Shown piece by piece: positions 1 to 9,141 of a stretch of 37,140 nucleotides of DNA. The stretch's first letter is position 1. Each line of letters opens with the position of its first letter. Made by a program: the position numbers and the translations under genes. Source of the stretch: a virus (Duplodnaviria; Caudoviricetes); the IMG/VR virus record IMGVR_UViG_3300028422_001987, positions 1-37,140 of that record; one strand, given 5' to 3'. The notes under the pieces were generated by a model. That model was not told the DNA's origin. It saw nothing but the letters and a program-made list of their open reading frames with translations, and ran no database searches.

Positions 1-471
1 TCAACCCCCCTGCAAATAGCCCTGCACCAGGTCGAGAATCTCCTCCAGGTCGTCGTCGCCCACACCGAGATAGGGGCGGGCGGGGACGGCGGCGGGACCT
101 GGAGGCATGCCTGGCAGCCCGCCGAACTGGTGGATCGCGGCGTAGTCTAGGTTGGACCCGACCGCTGCCCAGTCGGGTCCGTAGGAGACGCTACCCTCCA
201 CCGAGCGGCGGAGCTGTCCAATCACCTGGAGGATGGGGTGGTCACCGCGCACACCTCCCCCGATCTTCCTCTCGGTGGTCCCCTCTTTCAGGGGCACCCA
301 GGGGGTCCCGGTAGCTGGGTCGGATTCATTCCCAAATGCCCGGAGGGAGGCGTCTTTGAGGACCCCGGCGATGTCCCGCATTACGGGGGTGAGGTCCTGG
401 CCGCGGATCAGCAGCTCGTGGAGGACATCCATCACCTCCTGGTCATCGAGCCGGACTTGGATTGAGATCAC
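1..471 (-). CDS. Mu gpG-like virion morphogenesis protein
   Basis: GTG at 471 after GGAG, overlapping the upstream stop (GTGA). Motifs DLTPVMRDIA, VGSNLDYAAIHQFGG and VPARPYLG are typical of the gpG/tail S family. Confidence 0.9.
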   Translation of the reverse strand: MISIQVRLDDQEVMDVLHELLIRGQDLTPVMRDIAGVLKDASLRAFGNESDPATGTPWVPLKEGTTERKIGGGVRGDHPILQVIGQLRRSVEGSVSYGPDWAAVGSNLDYAAIHQFGGLPGMPPGPAAVPARPYLGVGDDDLEEILDLVQGYLQGG

Positions 472-968
472 GGGGTCTCCGCCTCGGCAGGCGCATCGGT
501 CCCCAGGTACTCCCCCAGGGAGTTGTACCAGCCGGGTGCTCGCTGGCCGGACACGTTGACGAGGTCGGTGCCGGATATCGGGTGGCGGGTTGTCGAGCCG
601 TCCTTCATGCGCTTCTGCACGAACGTCCGGCCCCCATCCTCCACCTGATAGTGCAGCTGGAGCACATCGCTGACGAGTGGGGGCAGCTCGGCCCCGATAT
701 ACTCGGCGCGGACGTTGTACCACCCAGCCAGGGTTACCGGCTCACCGGCGAGCCTGCCAAGCGTCTCCAGCGACACCTCGCGAAGTGGCTTGGTGAGACC
801 ATCCGTTGCACGCTGCACGGAGGCCGCGCGGCCATCGGGCCGCACCTCGTAGAACACGTCCGAGATGGTGTCGCCATCGAGCGGCATGCCAGGCGCCCAT
901 GAGGTCTTCTCCTGCCAGTGAGGGCCCGGCACGAAACTCCGGTCAGCGTCATCGAATTGTTCGGCCAT
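468..968 (-). CDS. Hypothetical protein with two-fold internal repeat; candidate immunity protein for the MuF toxin
   Basis: Starts 1 nt after the MuF-ART stop. GWYNxxxEY(I/L)G occurs twice. Position matches the toxin-immunity layout. Confidence 0.65.
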   Translation of the reverse strand: MAEQFDDADRSFVPGPHWQEKTSWAPGMPLDGDTISDVFYEVRPDGRAASVQRATDGLTKPLREVSLETLGRLAGEPVTLAGWYNVRAEYIGAELPPLVSDVLQLHYQVEDGGRTFVQKRMKDGSTTRHPISGTDLVNVSGQRAPGWYNSLGEYLGTDAPAEAETP

Positions 969-969
969 G

Positions 970-2517
970 TCACAGCTCCGTCATGGTGATGATGTACTTG
1001 CCCCGCTCCTTGTCGACCTTGTCGACGCGGAACCGCGTACCAGGCGCGAAAAGGACTTCGCGCTCGGCGCCGTACTGGGAAAACCGGGCGATATTGACGC
1101 CTGTCTTCCCATCGATCTTCATGATCACATTCCCGTCGAACGCTGCCTCGTCGCCATACGAGGACGAGACAAATGAATTTTCCTCTACCTCTGCGCCTTC
1201 CTGGTAGCGCTTCAGGACCTGATCCAGAGCATCCGGCTTGAACGTCGCCCCGCGGATCGACGGGCCGACAAACCGGGGCATCTTTTGTAACCCTTCCTGA
1301 GCAGCATCGACATACGCCTGGAGGTACGGATCCGTCTCGTACTCGCCCGCCCGCAGAGCGATGTTCAGCGGCTTGTAGGCGCCGCCAGTATACATTCTGA
1401 TGGCGGCCGACTCCTCGACCGTCAGCTCCGGCAGCCCTAGCTTCTGCTGCTGGGCGTTCATGGCGCGCAGGCCCCATGTGTCCACCTCGCCGCCGAACTT
1501 CTGGAGCCCGAGGGCGCGCTGGGCGGGGGAGAATCGGGGCGGTGGCGGTCTGCCGTCGCGTGGCGACGAGGCAGGGCGGGCCGGGGTCATGTCGACCTCC
1601 GATCCCGGTAGCGGGGCCCAAGGGGGCTTCGCTGGAGTTGGCGCAACTGGCGCCGGCGTGGGCACCAGCTTTGGCGGTGGCGGCGGCGGCACCTTCTTCT
1701 TCGCTTGCGCCAGCGCCTCCATCCCAGCCTTCCCAGGGTTGTAGCTCCACCCCGGATCCGGCTGGAACCACATCTCCTTCCCGGTGGACTTGTCCATGTA
1801 CCGCAGACGGGTGACCGGCTTGGTGATGGGGTTGCCGTCGTCGTCCTGCCCCACCCGTACCTGCACCTGTTCGAGCTTGCCGGCGCTGGATTCCACCTTG
1901 AGCCCTTCCTTGTCGAGGCGCTTCTTGCTCAAGGTCCGCACGCCGCAGCGGCAATTGAAGCCGTTGGGCGGATAGATGGAGTCCCAAACCGGGTCGGTCG
2001 CCTCCCATACCCGGCCATGCAGGGCCGCGTGAGTGGGTCGGGTGCGGCCATCCTTGACGGCCCAGTATTGCCAGTAGGGCCGAGACTTCTGGTTCTCCGA
2101 GTCGAACTTGTACCCGCCGACCGAGTAGGCGGTCATCATGTTGACGCGGTAGATGGTGGAGAGGCGGCGGGGGGAGCCCCATTGCACGGGCACGCTGGTG
2201 CCGGGGTAGACCTCCAGGATCTCCCCGGTGTCTGGATCGATGGCCTTGCCCCACCATCCTTTCTTCTGGCAGACCGTGGTCATCTCCTTGATGAACCACT
2301 TCTCGGTCTTGCCTTCCTTCAGGGATTTCGTGATGGCGTTCTGGATATCCTCCTCCAGATCCAGCCGTGCGAGGTGGGCGACGGTGAACGCCTTGGCATG
2401 GGCCTCCTCATACAGCTCATGCCAAGAGCCGGTGATCACCAGTTCCTTGGCTTCAAAATATTTGACCGCCTCCTCGGGCGTGAGGCGGATGGCAAAGCCA
2501 AGATCGACATCACTCAT
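970..2517 (-). CDS. MuF head morphogenesis protein with C-terminal ADP-ribosyltransferase toxin domain
   Basis: MuF motifs HAKAFTVA, DGRTRPTH and YPPNGFNCRC, then a Pro-rich linker, then ART motifs IRG, FVSSS and EREVLF. ATG at 2517 overlaps the portal stop. Confidence 0.9.
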   Translation of the reverse strand: MSDVDLGFAIRLTPEEAVKYFEAKELVITGSWHELYEEAHAKAFTVAHLARLDLEEDIQNAITKSLKEGKTEKWFIKEMTTVCQKKGWWGKAIDPDTGEILEVYPGTSVPVQWGSPRRLSTIYRVNMMTAYSVGGYKFDSENQKSRPYWQYWAVKDGRTRPTHAALHGRVWEATDPVWDSIYPPNGFNCRCGVRTLSKKRLDKEGLKVESSAGKLEQVQVRVGQDDDGNPITKPVTRLRYMDKSTGKEMWFQPDPGWSYNPGKAGMEALAQAKKKVPPPPPPKLVPTPAPVAPTPAKPPWAPLPGSEVDMTPARPASSPRDGRPPPPRFSPAQRALGLQKFGGEVDTWGLRAMNAQQQKLGLPELTVEESAAIRMYTGGAYKPLNIALRAGEYETDPYLQAYVDAAQEGLQKMPRFVGPSIRGATFKPDALDQVLKRYQEGAEVEENSFVSSSYGDEAAFDGNVIMKIDGKTGVNIARFSQYGAEREVLFAPGTRFRVDKVDKERGKYIITMTEL

Positions 2518-4039
2518 CGGCCGCGGCCGCCCGCTGCTGCGCCTGGAGCCGGCCATACAGCTCGCCGACGAAGATCACCCGGGCGAGGAGATCGGTGAGC
2601 TGCTCGAAATCCATCTTCGGGAACAAGGCTTCGAGCCGTGACATCAGCGCTTCGGGATCGACCCCTTCACGCACCTCATCGAATAGCGGCTTGAGCATGG
2701 CTTCCGCGATCGGGCCGAGTTCCTTGTCCAGATTGACCGCTTCCATCGCGGTGAAATCGTCGTCCACTCCCTTTGCGAAATCGAAACCGCCGCGAGAGAA
2801 GGCTTCGAAGCTGGGCGCGGCGGGCGGCTTGCTTTCACCGAACCCCGGCAGCACCGCTTCCCCATCGACCGGCGCCGGGATTTGCAGGCGTTCATGGGCG
2901 AACTGCACCGGCACCTGCACGAACGCCCGCGCCTTGTCCAGCACCTCCACCCAATCCTTGCGGGCTTCGGCCTCTTCATAGAATTCGAAGGTGGGCGGCA
3001 CGGCGCCGGGGACGTTCAGTTCGGTGATCCACGCGAACAGCTCGTTCATCGCGTCGGAAATCACCGTCCGATCGGATTCGTTCACCGCCTCCTCGCGCCC
3101 GCGGTGGGTTTCGGAAGCGGCCCGAGAACCGTTCCCCTGGATCTCGGTCGCCAGCGTCTGGGAGGTGAGGGCCTTCGAGATCTCCCGATTGCATAGCGAG
3201 ATGAGGCGTTCCTGCGGCAGTTGCTGGCCGCCGCCCTTGTTCTCGACCAGTTCGACCAAGCCCCCTTCTGGGATGGCGGCGACCGCGTCCTCGATCATCC
3301 TTGCGAGGGCGTTCGCCAGCGCGTCCTGCTCCGGCTTGGGCGTCCCCAGCGGGTAGCGTCCAATGGCCCAGGGAATGCCGTATTTCTCGCAGAATTTGAC
3401 AAAATAGCGGTAGCCGGAATTCTTGAATGTCCACGGCCAGAAGCAGGAGGAGAACACCGCCACCCCATAGGGGTTTTCGTGGCTCGGCATGTGCCGCGTC
3501 ATCAGCCACTTGTAGGCGCCGAGTTCGAGCCCGCTGATCTGATTTTCGCGGGTAAGCAGGCGCAGCTCGTTGGAGTCGGAGCCGAACGCGAAACGCCGGT
3601 TTGGTTTGTCGAGCACCGCCTCCGGCATGAGGTACTGACCTTGCCGCGCCCATACCACCTCATGGACACGGAACCCACGGAACACGGCGCCGGCCATGTT
3701 CCAGATCACGTCCGGCCAGCGCATGCCGGGCGCTGGCCGCTGGGCCATGAGCTGTTCGCACAGTGCAAACGCTTGCACATCGGAATTCGAGTAGCCGCCC
3801 GCCTGGACCCGCCACTCGAATCCGAGCAGACCGGAGCGGATGGAGCGCAGATCCCCCACCACATGGGCATCGGCGGCGAGGCCGTCGAACACCTCCTCGG
3901 AGCGTCCCAATTTGCGCAACACCGTATCGGGGTTGGGCAGGACGGTCAGCGCAGAAAAGAACTTCGGATCGGTGGTGCGGGTGGCGATCTCGCGGGCGAG
4001 GTTCGCACGGCTGGCCTTGGCCAGGTCGATCTTATCCAT
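2510..4039 (-). CDS. Portal protein (Mu gp29/DUF935)
   Basis: FCEKYGIPWAIGRY and CNREISKALTSQTL motifs. Lies between terminase and MuF. ATG at 4039. Confidence 0.92.
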   Translation of the reverse strand: MDKIDLAKASRANLAREIATRTTDPKFFSALTVLPNPDTVLRKLGRSEEVFDGLAADAHVVGDLRSIRSGLLGFEWRVQAGGYSNSDVQAFALCEQLMAQRPAPGMRWPDVIWNMAGAVFRGFRVHEVVWARQGQYLMPEAVLDKPNRRFAFGSDSNELRLLTRENQISGLELGAYKWLMTRHMPSHENPYGVAVFSSCFWPWTFKNSGYRYFVKFCEKYGIPWAIGRYPLGTPKPEQDALANALARMIEDAVAAIPEGGLVELVENKGGGQQLPQERLISLCNREISKALTSQTLATEIQGNGSRAASETHRGREEAVNESDRTVISDAMNELFAWITELNVPGAVPPTFEFYEEAEARKDWVEVLDKARAFVQVPVQFAHERLQIPAPVDGEAVLPGFGESKPPAAPSFEAFSRGGFDFAKGVDDDFTAMEAVNLDKELGPIAEAMLKPLFDEVREGVDPEALMSRLEALFPKMDFEQLTDLLARVIFVGELYGRLQAQQRAAAADE

Positions 4040-5648
4040 ATCTCGATAGGTCCGTACTGTCGCGGCGACCGCGGGTTGTGATCTGGGGTAGGCCACCGGC
4101 GCCGGAGACCGCCGCCATCCACAGCATCTGGAGTGCGTCCGGTCCGTCGTCGTGGTCCGCCTTGGGGAAGTGCGTCAGCTGGTCGATGAGGGTCCGTTGC
4201 GACGGGTGCAGCCGAATGAGCCCGTTGGCCATGTGCGGCTGGAGCGACTCGATGCGCAGGATCTTGTCGGCGATGGGCGATACGGCGCGGGCCGGTACCG
4301 GGTAGCCGCGGGCGGCCGACCGCTTCACCAGCTCCGAGCGGAGGAACTCCTGAAACTGCACCGTCTCGATCACCCACAGCAGGCAGCGATACTCCTGGTG
4401 TAAGGCAATCACGTCCTCGATGATGCGGTCAGGCAGGCGTTTCCGGATGGCCGCCTCCACCACATCGAGGATCCCGGTCTCCCGATTGAATCCCCCCACC
4501 AGGATGGCGGACGGGTCACGGGACGCGCCGGCCTTGCCGAGCGACGGGTCGCAGGAGCCGAAGAAGAGCCATTCCCGCAGCCGGTTCACCCAGAAGGTGA
4601 TCACCTTGGCGAACGGGGCATCGTCATCGGAGAGCGGATCGTTCTGCAGCTCGGAATCGAATGAGGCATGCCCATCCCGGGCCCGGGTCACCATCAACTC
4701 CACCAGCGGGCGGCCGGCCGGCCAACTCACCTCGGCGCCGGCGTTCATCGCCGTCGCGCGTTCTGCATAGAACGCCTCCGCCGCCGCCTTGCTGTCGTTG
4801 AGCAGCAGCTCCTCCCAGCGGTCCCACAGGTCCATTCGGTGGGGCCAATGGATGAGGGCCTTGAACTTGCGGCTGTTCCACAGGGGGTTCTTGAGCAGCC
4901 GCGCCAGCACCGAGTCGTAATGCAGGATGGTGCCGATGATGATCACATCGAACTTGGCGCCGGCGCCGCCCAGCTTCAGCACCGCCTTGGTGAGCCAGCT
5001 TTGCAACTTGTCGCGCTGCTCTGGGGTGCGGACGTTCTCATCGTTCTCCAGGTCGTCCCCGATGAACAGGTCGGGGCGGTGCGGGCCATGTCGGCGACCG
5101 CGGATGCGCTTGCCGGAGCCCACCGCCTCCACCTTGCGGTCGTTCGCGGTGACAATGACGCCCGCCTGCCACACACGGCCGCGCCCAGTCGCTTCCGGGA
5201 AATCCATCGACAGGCGCGGATTGCTCTCCAGCTCTGCCTTGATGGCCTCCAGCATGATGGCCGCCTGGTCAAAGGCATCCATGCCGATCATCGGGTACCA
5301 CTTCCTACCGGTCACGAGACACCACAGCACGAAGAGCTGGCTGGTGATGGTGGACTTTGCCTCGCCGCGGGGTGCGGCGATTGCGTCGGTCTCGCTCTGG
5401 TCGGAGTCGGCGATCTCCGGCAGCCGGCGATACAGATAGTCGTGCAGCCGGCTATTCGGCTTGGTGACGTAGTGCGGGAAGTAGGTGCGGGCGAAGAACT
5501 CGAAATCGGTATCGGCCCGCTCCCGGCGCGCCTTGGACGCTGAGGGATCCGGATCAAAGCCCGAAACCTGGGCCTCGATCTGCGTGCGGAATTCAGCCGC
5601 CAGTTCTGCGAGCTGCTGGGCGAACTGACGGGTGGAGAGCTTAGCCAT
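4032..5648 (-). CDS. terL: Terminase large subunit
   Basis: Walker A-like APRGEAKST, RPDLFIGDDLEND, nuclease DPS and HDDGPDAL. Confidence 0.95.
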   Translation of the reverse strand: MAKLSTRQFAQQLAELAAEFRTQIEAQVSGFDPDPSASKARRERADTDFEFFARTYFPHYVTKPNSRLHDYLYRRLPEIADSDQSETDAIAAPRGEAKSTITSQLFVLWCLVTGRKWYPMIGMDAFDQAAIMLEAIKAELESNPRLSMDFPEATGRGRVWQAGVIVTANDRKVEAVGSGKRIRGRRHGPHRPDLFIGDDLENDENVRTPEQRDKLQSWLTKAVLKLGGAGAKFDVIIIGTILHYDSVLARLLKNPLWNSRKFKALIHWPHRMDLWDRWEELLLNDSKAAAEAFYAERATAMNAGAEVSWPAGRPLVELMVTRARDGHASFDSELQNDPLSDDDAPFAKVITFWVNRLREWLFFGSCDPSLGKAGASRDPSAILVGGFNRETGILDVVEAAIRKRLPDRIIEDVIALHQEYRCLLWVIETVQFQEFLRSELVKRSAARGYPVPARAVSPIADKILRIESLQPHMANGLIRLHPSQRTLIDQLTHFPKADHDDGPDALQMLWMAAVSGAGGLPQITTRGRRDSTDLSRYG

Positions 5649-6138
5649 AGAGGCGGCTCAGCTCCTCGCCGAAGGGTTCCAACACCTCCAGCAGCGCCGG
5701 AGCGTGTTGCGGGTAGCGAGTACGGAGGTACTCGACAAACCGCTCCAGTACTTCCAGGGCCACCGAGAGCTTAGCGAGCTTGCCATCACCGCCCCCGGCC
5801 GCCTTCACCGTCTTGGTGTAGGCATCGGCCAGCTTGGCGATGGCCTCGGCGCGGACGATGGCCGGGATCTTGTTATCCTGAAGTTCCTCCATTGTGAACT
5901 GGAACAGCAGGGCGAAATCCTCCAGCACTTGGGTGGTCAGATCGCCCAGCCCACCGACCACCATGCGGGCGGCCTGGCGCGCCCGGTCCCAGTCGTCCCC
6001 GGTTTCTTTGCCCTTCGCCTTCCAGCTGCGAACCGTAGCGAATGCCACCCCATGCTTCTCTGCCGCGGCCTCCAGTGAGAGGCGCTCGACGACGAAGGAC
6101 CGGCGGACTGCCGCGCGGAGTTCTGGGGGATGAGCCAC
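5641..6138 (-). CDS. Terminase small subunit (Mu-type, DUF1804-like)
   Basis: N-terminal HTH, WKAK..GDDWDRAR motif, directly upstream of terL. Confidence 0.85.
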   Translation of the reverse strand: MAHPPELRAAVRRSFVVERLSLEAAAEKHGVAFATVRSWKAKGKETGDDWDRARQAARMVVGGLGDLTTQVLEDFALLFQFTMEELQDNKIPAIVRAEAIAKLADAYTKTVKAAGGGDGKLAKLSVALEVLERFVEYLRTRYPQHAPALLEVLEPFGEELSRLYG

Positions 6139-6477
6139 TCACCCCTCCCCGCGCAGGCGCTGCGCCAGCAGGCTGGTACCCACGCCGATAATTCCACCGG
6201 GCGGCCGGCGCTGGACCCCCGGCACATCGGCTCGGCCCAATGCGACATCGATGCCGCGCTGGGTGAGCATGGCGGCACCAGCCTGGTGCTCCACCAACCC
6301 CTGCTCGGCCAGCCACGCCACCTCGGTCCGCACCCGGTCCAGGCCGATGGCCAGCGCATGGGATTCCAGCGCATCTTGCAGCAGCTGGAGCGGTGCGGTG
6401 TAGGACGGCTCCCGCTCCAGCGCCTCCAGCAACATGCGCCGGATGAGCCCGGCATGCCGCTCCCGGTAATCCGTCAC
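6139..6477 (-). CDS. Mu gp26-like winged-helix protein
   Basis: DRVRTEVAWLAEQGLV...LTQRGIDVALGRADVPGVQR, in the conserved position upstream of the small terminase. Confidence 0.8.
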   Translation of the reverse strand: MTDYRERHAGLIRRMLLEALEREPSYTAPLQLLQDALESHALAIGLDRVRTEVAWLAEQGLVEHQAGAAMLTQRGIDVALGRADVPGVQRRPPGGIIGVGTSLLAQRLRGEG

Positions 6478-6842
6478 GGTGTCTTTCCCATCAGGTGGTG
6501 GTGGATGGTCTCCAGCAGGCCCCGCATGCCGGACGACTCGCCCACCAGGCGCTGGACCTGGCCGGAGAGATGGCCGACCGAGCTGTGCACCTCGGAGGCG
6601 AGGGCATCGATCCGGGCGTGCAACCGGATGAGGTCATCCTCGGAGGGTGCGTGCTCCACATGGGTCTCCAGTACGGTCATGCGTCGGTCCAGCGCCGCGA
6701 TGTCACGTGCGTTGGCTTCGGCGTGTTGGGTGAGGTCAGCCCGCTGCACGATGGTGGCCCGGATGGTCAGCGCGGCCCAGGCGGCCAGCACCGACAGGAT
6801 GGTGGTGGCGATCGGCAACCATTTCAGGATTTGGTCAAGCAT
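6474..6842 (-). CDS. DUF2730-like protein (N-terminal TM plus coiled coil)
   Basis: ATG at 6842. One TM helix, then RMTVLETHVEHAPS. Usual Mu position before gp26. Confidence 0.75.
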   Translation of the reverse strand: MLDQILKWLPIATTILSVLAAWAALTIRATIVQRADLTQHAEANARDIAALDRRMTVLETHVEHAPSEDDLIRLHARIDALASEVHSSVGHLSGQVQRLVGESSGMRGLLETIHHHLMGKTP

Positions 6843-7411
6843 GCAGCCCCCCGCAGCCGGGTGGCCGATTCCTCCCACGCGGTGGCGCCGAACAGATCGA
6901 CCGCCCGCCACATCAACTGCGTCGTGATCGGATGAGTGCCCCACTTGGGCATCGCATCCAGGAAAACGCGGTCCGCGTCGCCTTTGGAGATGCCCGGTGG
7001 TTGGGTGCGATAAAGGAAGTCGTGGATGATCGCCGGCACACCGTATCGACCCCAGGGCGAATAGAGCCAGTGCAGCCACCAAGGCACCGATGCGAAATCA
7101 GTGACGAAGCCGACCGGGACAACGATCGCCTGGCGCAGGTGGGCCGAGTGGTAGCGCACCTCCTCGGTCAGCTGCCAATGCTTGCCATCCGGTAGCGGCC
7201 GCAGGGCTGGAAGCATCTCCGGAGTGATCGCCACCCGCTGCGTGGCGGTCAGTCGTCCATATAGGGACCAGAGCCCACCGGCCAGGCCGGCCAACGCGAG
7301 CAGCCCCGCCGGCATCGAGGGGACGAACAGCAGGTGCAGCAACCCGGCGATGCCTGCGCCGACCGAGAGCAGGGAGCCGCGTACGCCGTGTGATGCAAGG
7401 AGGTGCTTCAT
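6824..7411 (-). CDS. DUF1353 domain protein with two N-terminal TM helices
   Basis: VPVGFVTDFASVP...AIIHDFLY...ADRVF, preceded by two hydrophobic segments. Confidence 0.8.
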   Translation of the reverse strand: MKHLLASHGVRGSLLSVGAGIAGLLHLLFVPSMPAGLLALAGLAGGLWSLYGRLTATQRVAITPEMLPALRPLPDGKHWQLTEEVRYHSAHLRQAIVVPVGFVTDFASVPWWLHWLYSPWGRYGVPAIIHDFLYRTQPPGISKGDADRVFLDAMPKWGTHPITTQLMWRAVDLFGATAWEESATRLRGAACLTKS

Positions 7412-7938
7412 GGCAGCAGCTGATGCAGCCCAACCGCCAGCCGCACCAGCTCAAGGCCAGCGTCGACCAGCTCCCGGGCGCGGTCGGCGGATGGGGTGGC
7501 ACGGTAGGCATCGTAGGCGACCCGCAGCTGGTCGTGGCGCCGCCCGAACGCCTCCAGCGCTCGCCGGTCGTCGGCGCCGAACGTGTGCAGGTGCGGCCCC
7601 ACCAGTGCGCGACCATCCAGGTACAGCGCCTCGGCCCGCGCCAACACCAGGTCAAATTCGGCGGGCGTGGGCAGGGTGGTCAGGTCCCGCGGCCGATCCA
7701 GCTCGGCCAGTAGGGCGTCCACCTGCACCCGCAGCTCCCGCCAGCGCGCCTGGTCCTCCTCTGGCCACTCCCCGACGTGCTGCTCTACCCGGGACAGCGC
7801 GTGATCGATCTCGTCGCGAGCGGTGAGCACGCTGGTGGCGGTGGCCACCGCGGTGGCCAGGTGGGTCGGATCTTCCTGGTTGGCGCAGCCCACCAGGGCA
7901 GTGACTGCAATGGGGATGGCGATGATCAGTTTCTTCAC
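7408..7938 (-). CDS. Helical lipoprotein in the lysis cassette
   Basis: Signal peptide MKKLIIAIPIAVTA with LVGC lipobox. AAGGAG RBS. Confidence 0.8.
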   Translation of the reverse strand: MKKLIIAIPIAVTALVGCANQEDPTHLATAVATATSVLTARDEIDHALSRVEQHVGEWPEEDQARWRELRVQVDALLAELDRPRDLTTLPTPAEFDLVLARAEALYLDGRALVGPHLHTFGADDRRALEAFGRRHDQLRVAYDAYRATPSADRARELVDAGLELVRLAVGLHQLLP

Positions 7939-7956
7939 GGGGTTCTCCTTTTCCTG

Positions 7957-8439
7957 TCAAAAACAGTCCGGCCGTGCCACAGCCCGACCCAGGGCCATGA
8001 AGCCCTTCTGCAGATCAGTGGTGGCGATATTCGCCCAGAGGGGATCGTGCTCGGGCAGTTCCAGGCGAATGCGTTCGATGAGCTGGCCGATTTCGTTGCC
8101 CTTCGCCTTGATGGCGTTCATCAGGTCCAGCTCCTGCTGGTCGAGCGCGCGATAGCCGGTAATCGGGGGTGGGGTGTAGAGGGGGTTACTGCTCGCCGTA
8201 TCCATCGGTGTGTAGCCGGACTCGAAGGCGTGAGCCGGGGAATAGCTCTCGTACCCGTCCTCGTACCGAACCCAATAGCCGCCCACCTGCGGGTTGTGTT
8301 TGGTGATGAAATCACTTGTCACCACCACTGCGGGCATCCCCTGTTTTGGGAAGAGGTTCCACATAAAATCGTCGATTTGGCGGGTTCCTTCGATGCGAAA
8401 GGCTTCCACCACCTTGTGGGACTGGAATATCGGGAACAT
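7957..8439 (-). CDS. acb2: Two-domain protein: N-terminal YxDGYxSxSP domain fused to Acb2-like cyclic nucleotide sponge
   Basis: C-terminal ITGYRALDQQELDLMNAIK...WANIATTDLQKGFMALGRAVARPDCF matches the Acb2 pattern as recalled (GYRxLxxxE..MN..K ... W..I..TD.Q.G.MA..RA.A.P..F). Confidence 0.85.
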   Translation of the reverse strand: MFPIFQSHKVVEAFRIEGTRQIDDFMWNLFPKQGMPAVVVTSDFITKHNPQVGGYWVRYEDGYESYSPAHAFESGYTPMDTASSNPLYTPPPITGYRALDQQELDLMNAIKAKGNEIGQLIERIRLELPEHDPLWANIATTDLQKGFMALGRAVARPDCF

Positions 8440-8954
8440 CAGGTCTTCGCTCCTGTGACGCGGGTTAGCGCTTGGTCAATCGAATGCAGGCCGGGGACAT
8501 AGACCGTGCGCACCGCGCCGCCCGGACCCACCGGCGCCTTCACGGCAGTGAGCAGAGAGCGGCGCGGCTGCTGTCCGGCAACGGCGATGGAGACGTGAGT
8601 CCAGCGGCCGAACTCGTGGATGATCTGGTCGGCAACTGCGGGGAGGTTGCGGTGGATCCAGCGACACACCTCCAGCGGCGCAACGCCCGGACAGAGGATG
8701 TCGGCGGCCAGCCCCTCAAGGTGCTGGCTCTTCGCGGCCCCGCCCACCAGGGTATTGACCTCCGGAGAGCGGTACCCGGACAACACCACCGTCGGGCCAA
8801 ACGCCTCCCGCACCGGCTCCAGCACGGAGTGACAAAGTCGCTGGAGGTTGGCCATCACCGGAGACGCCTCCGGCACGACGATGTCGATGCCGTGCCGAGT
8901 AGCGGTCTCCGAGTGCGTCAACTCGGCGAGGGTAAAGTGGGGCGAGATGCGCAT
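8439..8954 (-). CDS. Endolysin, peptidase M15A family
   Basis: SPHFTLAEL, SGYRSPEVN, SQHLEGLAAD and WTHVS (Zn ligands H, D, H). ATG at 8954. Confidence 0.9.
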   Translation of the reverse strand: MRISPHFTLAELTHSETATRHGIDIVVPEASPVMANLQRLCHSVLEPVREAFGPTVVLSGYRSPEVNTLVGGAAKSQHLEGLAADILCPGVAPLEVCRWIHRNLPAVADQIIHEFGRWTHVSIAVAGQQPRRSLLTAVKAPVGPGGAVRTVYVPGLHSIDQALTRVTGAKT

Positions 8955-9133
8955 GCAGCCCTCCGGGTAAAGTGGTCGGCGACATAAAACCGGACCCACT
9001 CCCGGCACCAGGCCGGCACCTCGGCCAAGGCGGTAGTGCGAGCGTCCCGTGTCGGCAGTTCGATGATGCGGGCGGCGTAGTGACGCGGCCACGGATCACC
9101 GGGGTACCATTCACGGTACGTTGATGGGTCCAT
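8918..9133 (-). CDS. Small hypothetical protein, first gene of the lysis operon
   Basis: ATG at 9133 directly after the late promoter. WPRHYAARII..TRDARTTALAEVP. Overlaps the endolysin start. Confidence 0.6.
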   Translation of the reverse strand: MDPSTYREWYPGDPWPRHYAARIIELPTRDARTTALAEVPAWCREWVRFYVADHFTRRAACASRPTLPSPS

Positions 9134-9141
9134 ACCGGGCC

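Noticed and set aside
734-2299. 521-aa alternative-frame ORF and the many other long shadow ORFs
   Set aside because: They overlap clear phage genes and are Arg/Gly/Pro-rich, as expected from high-GC stop-codon scarcity.
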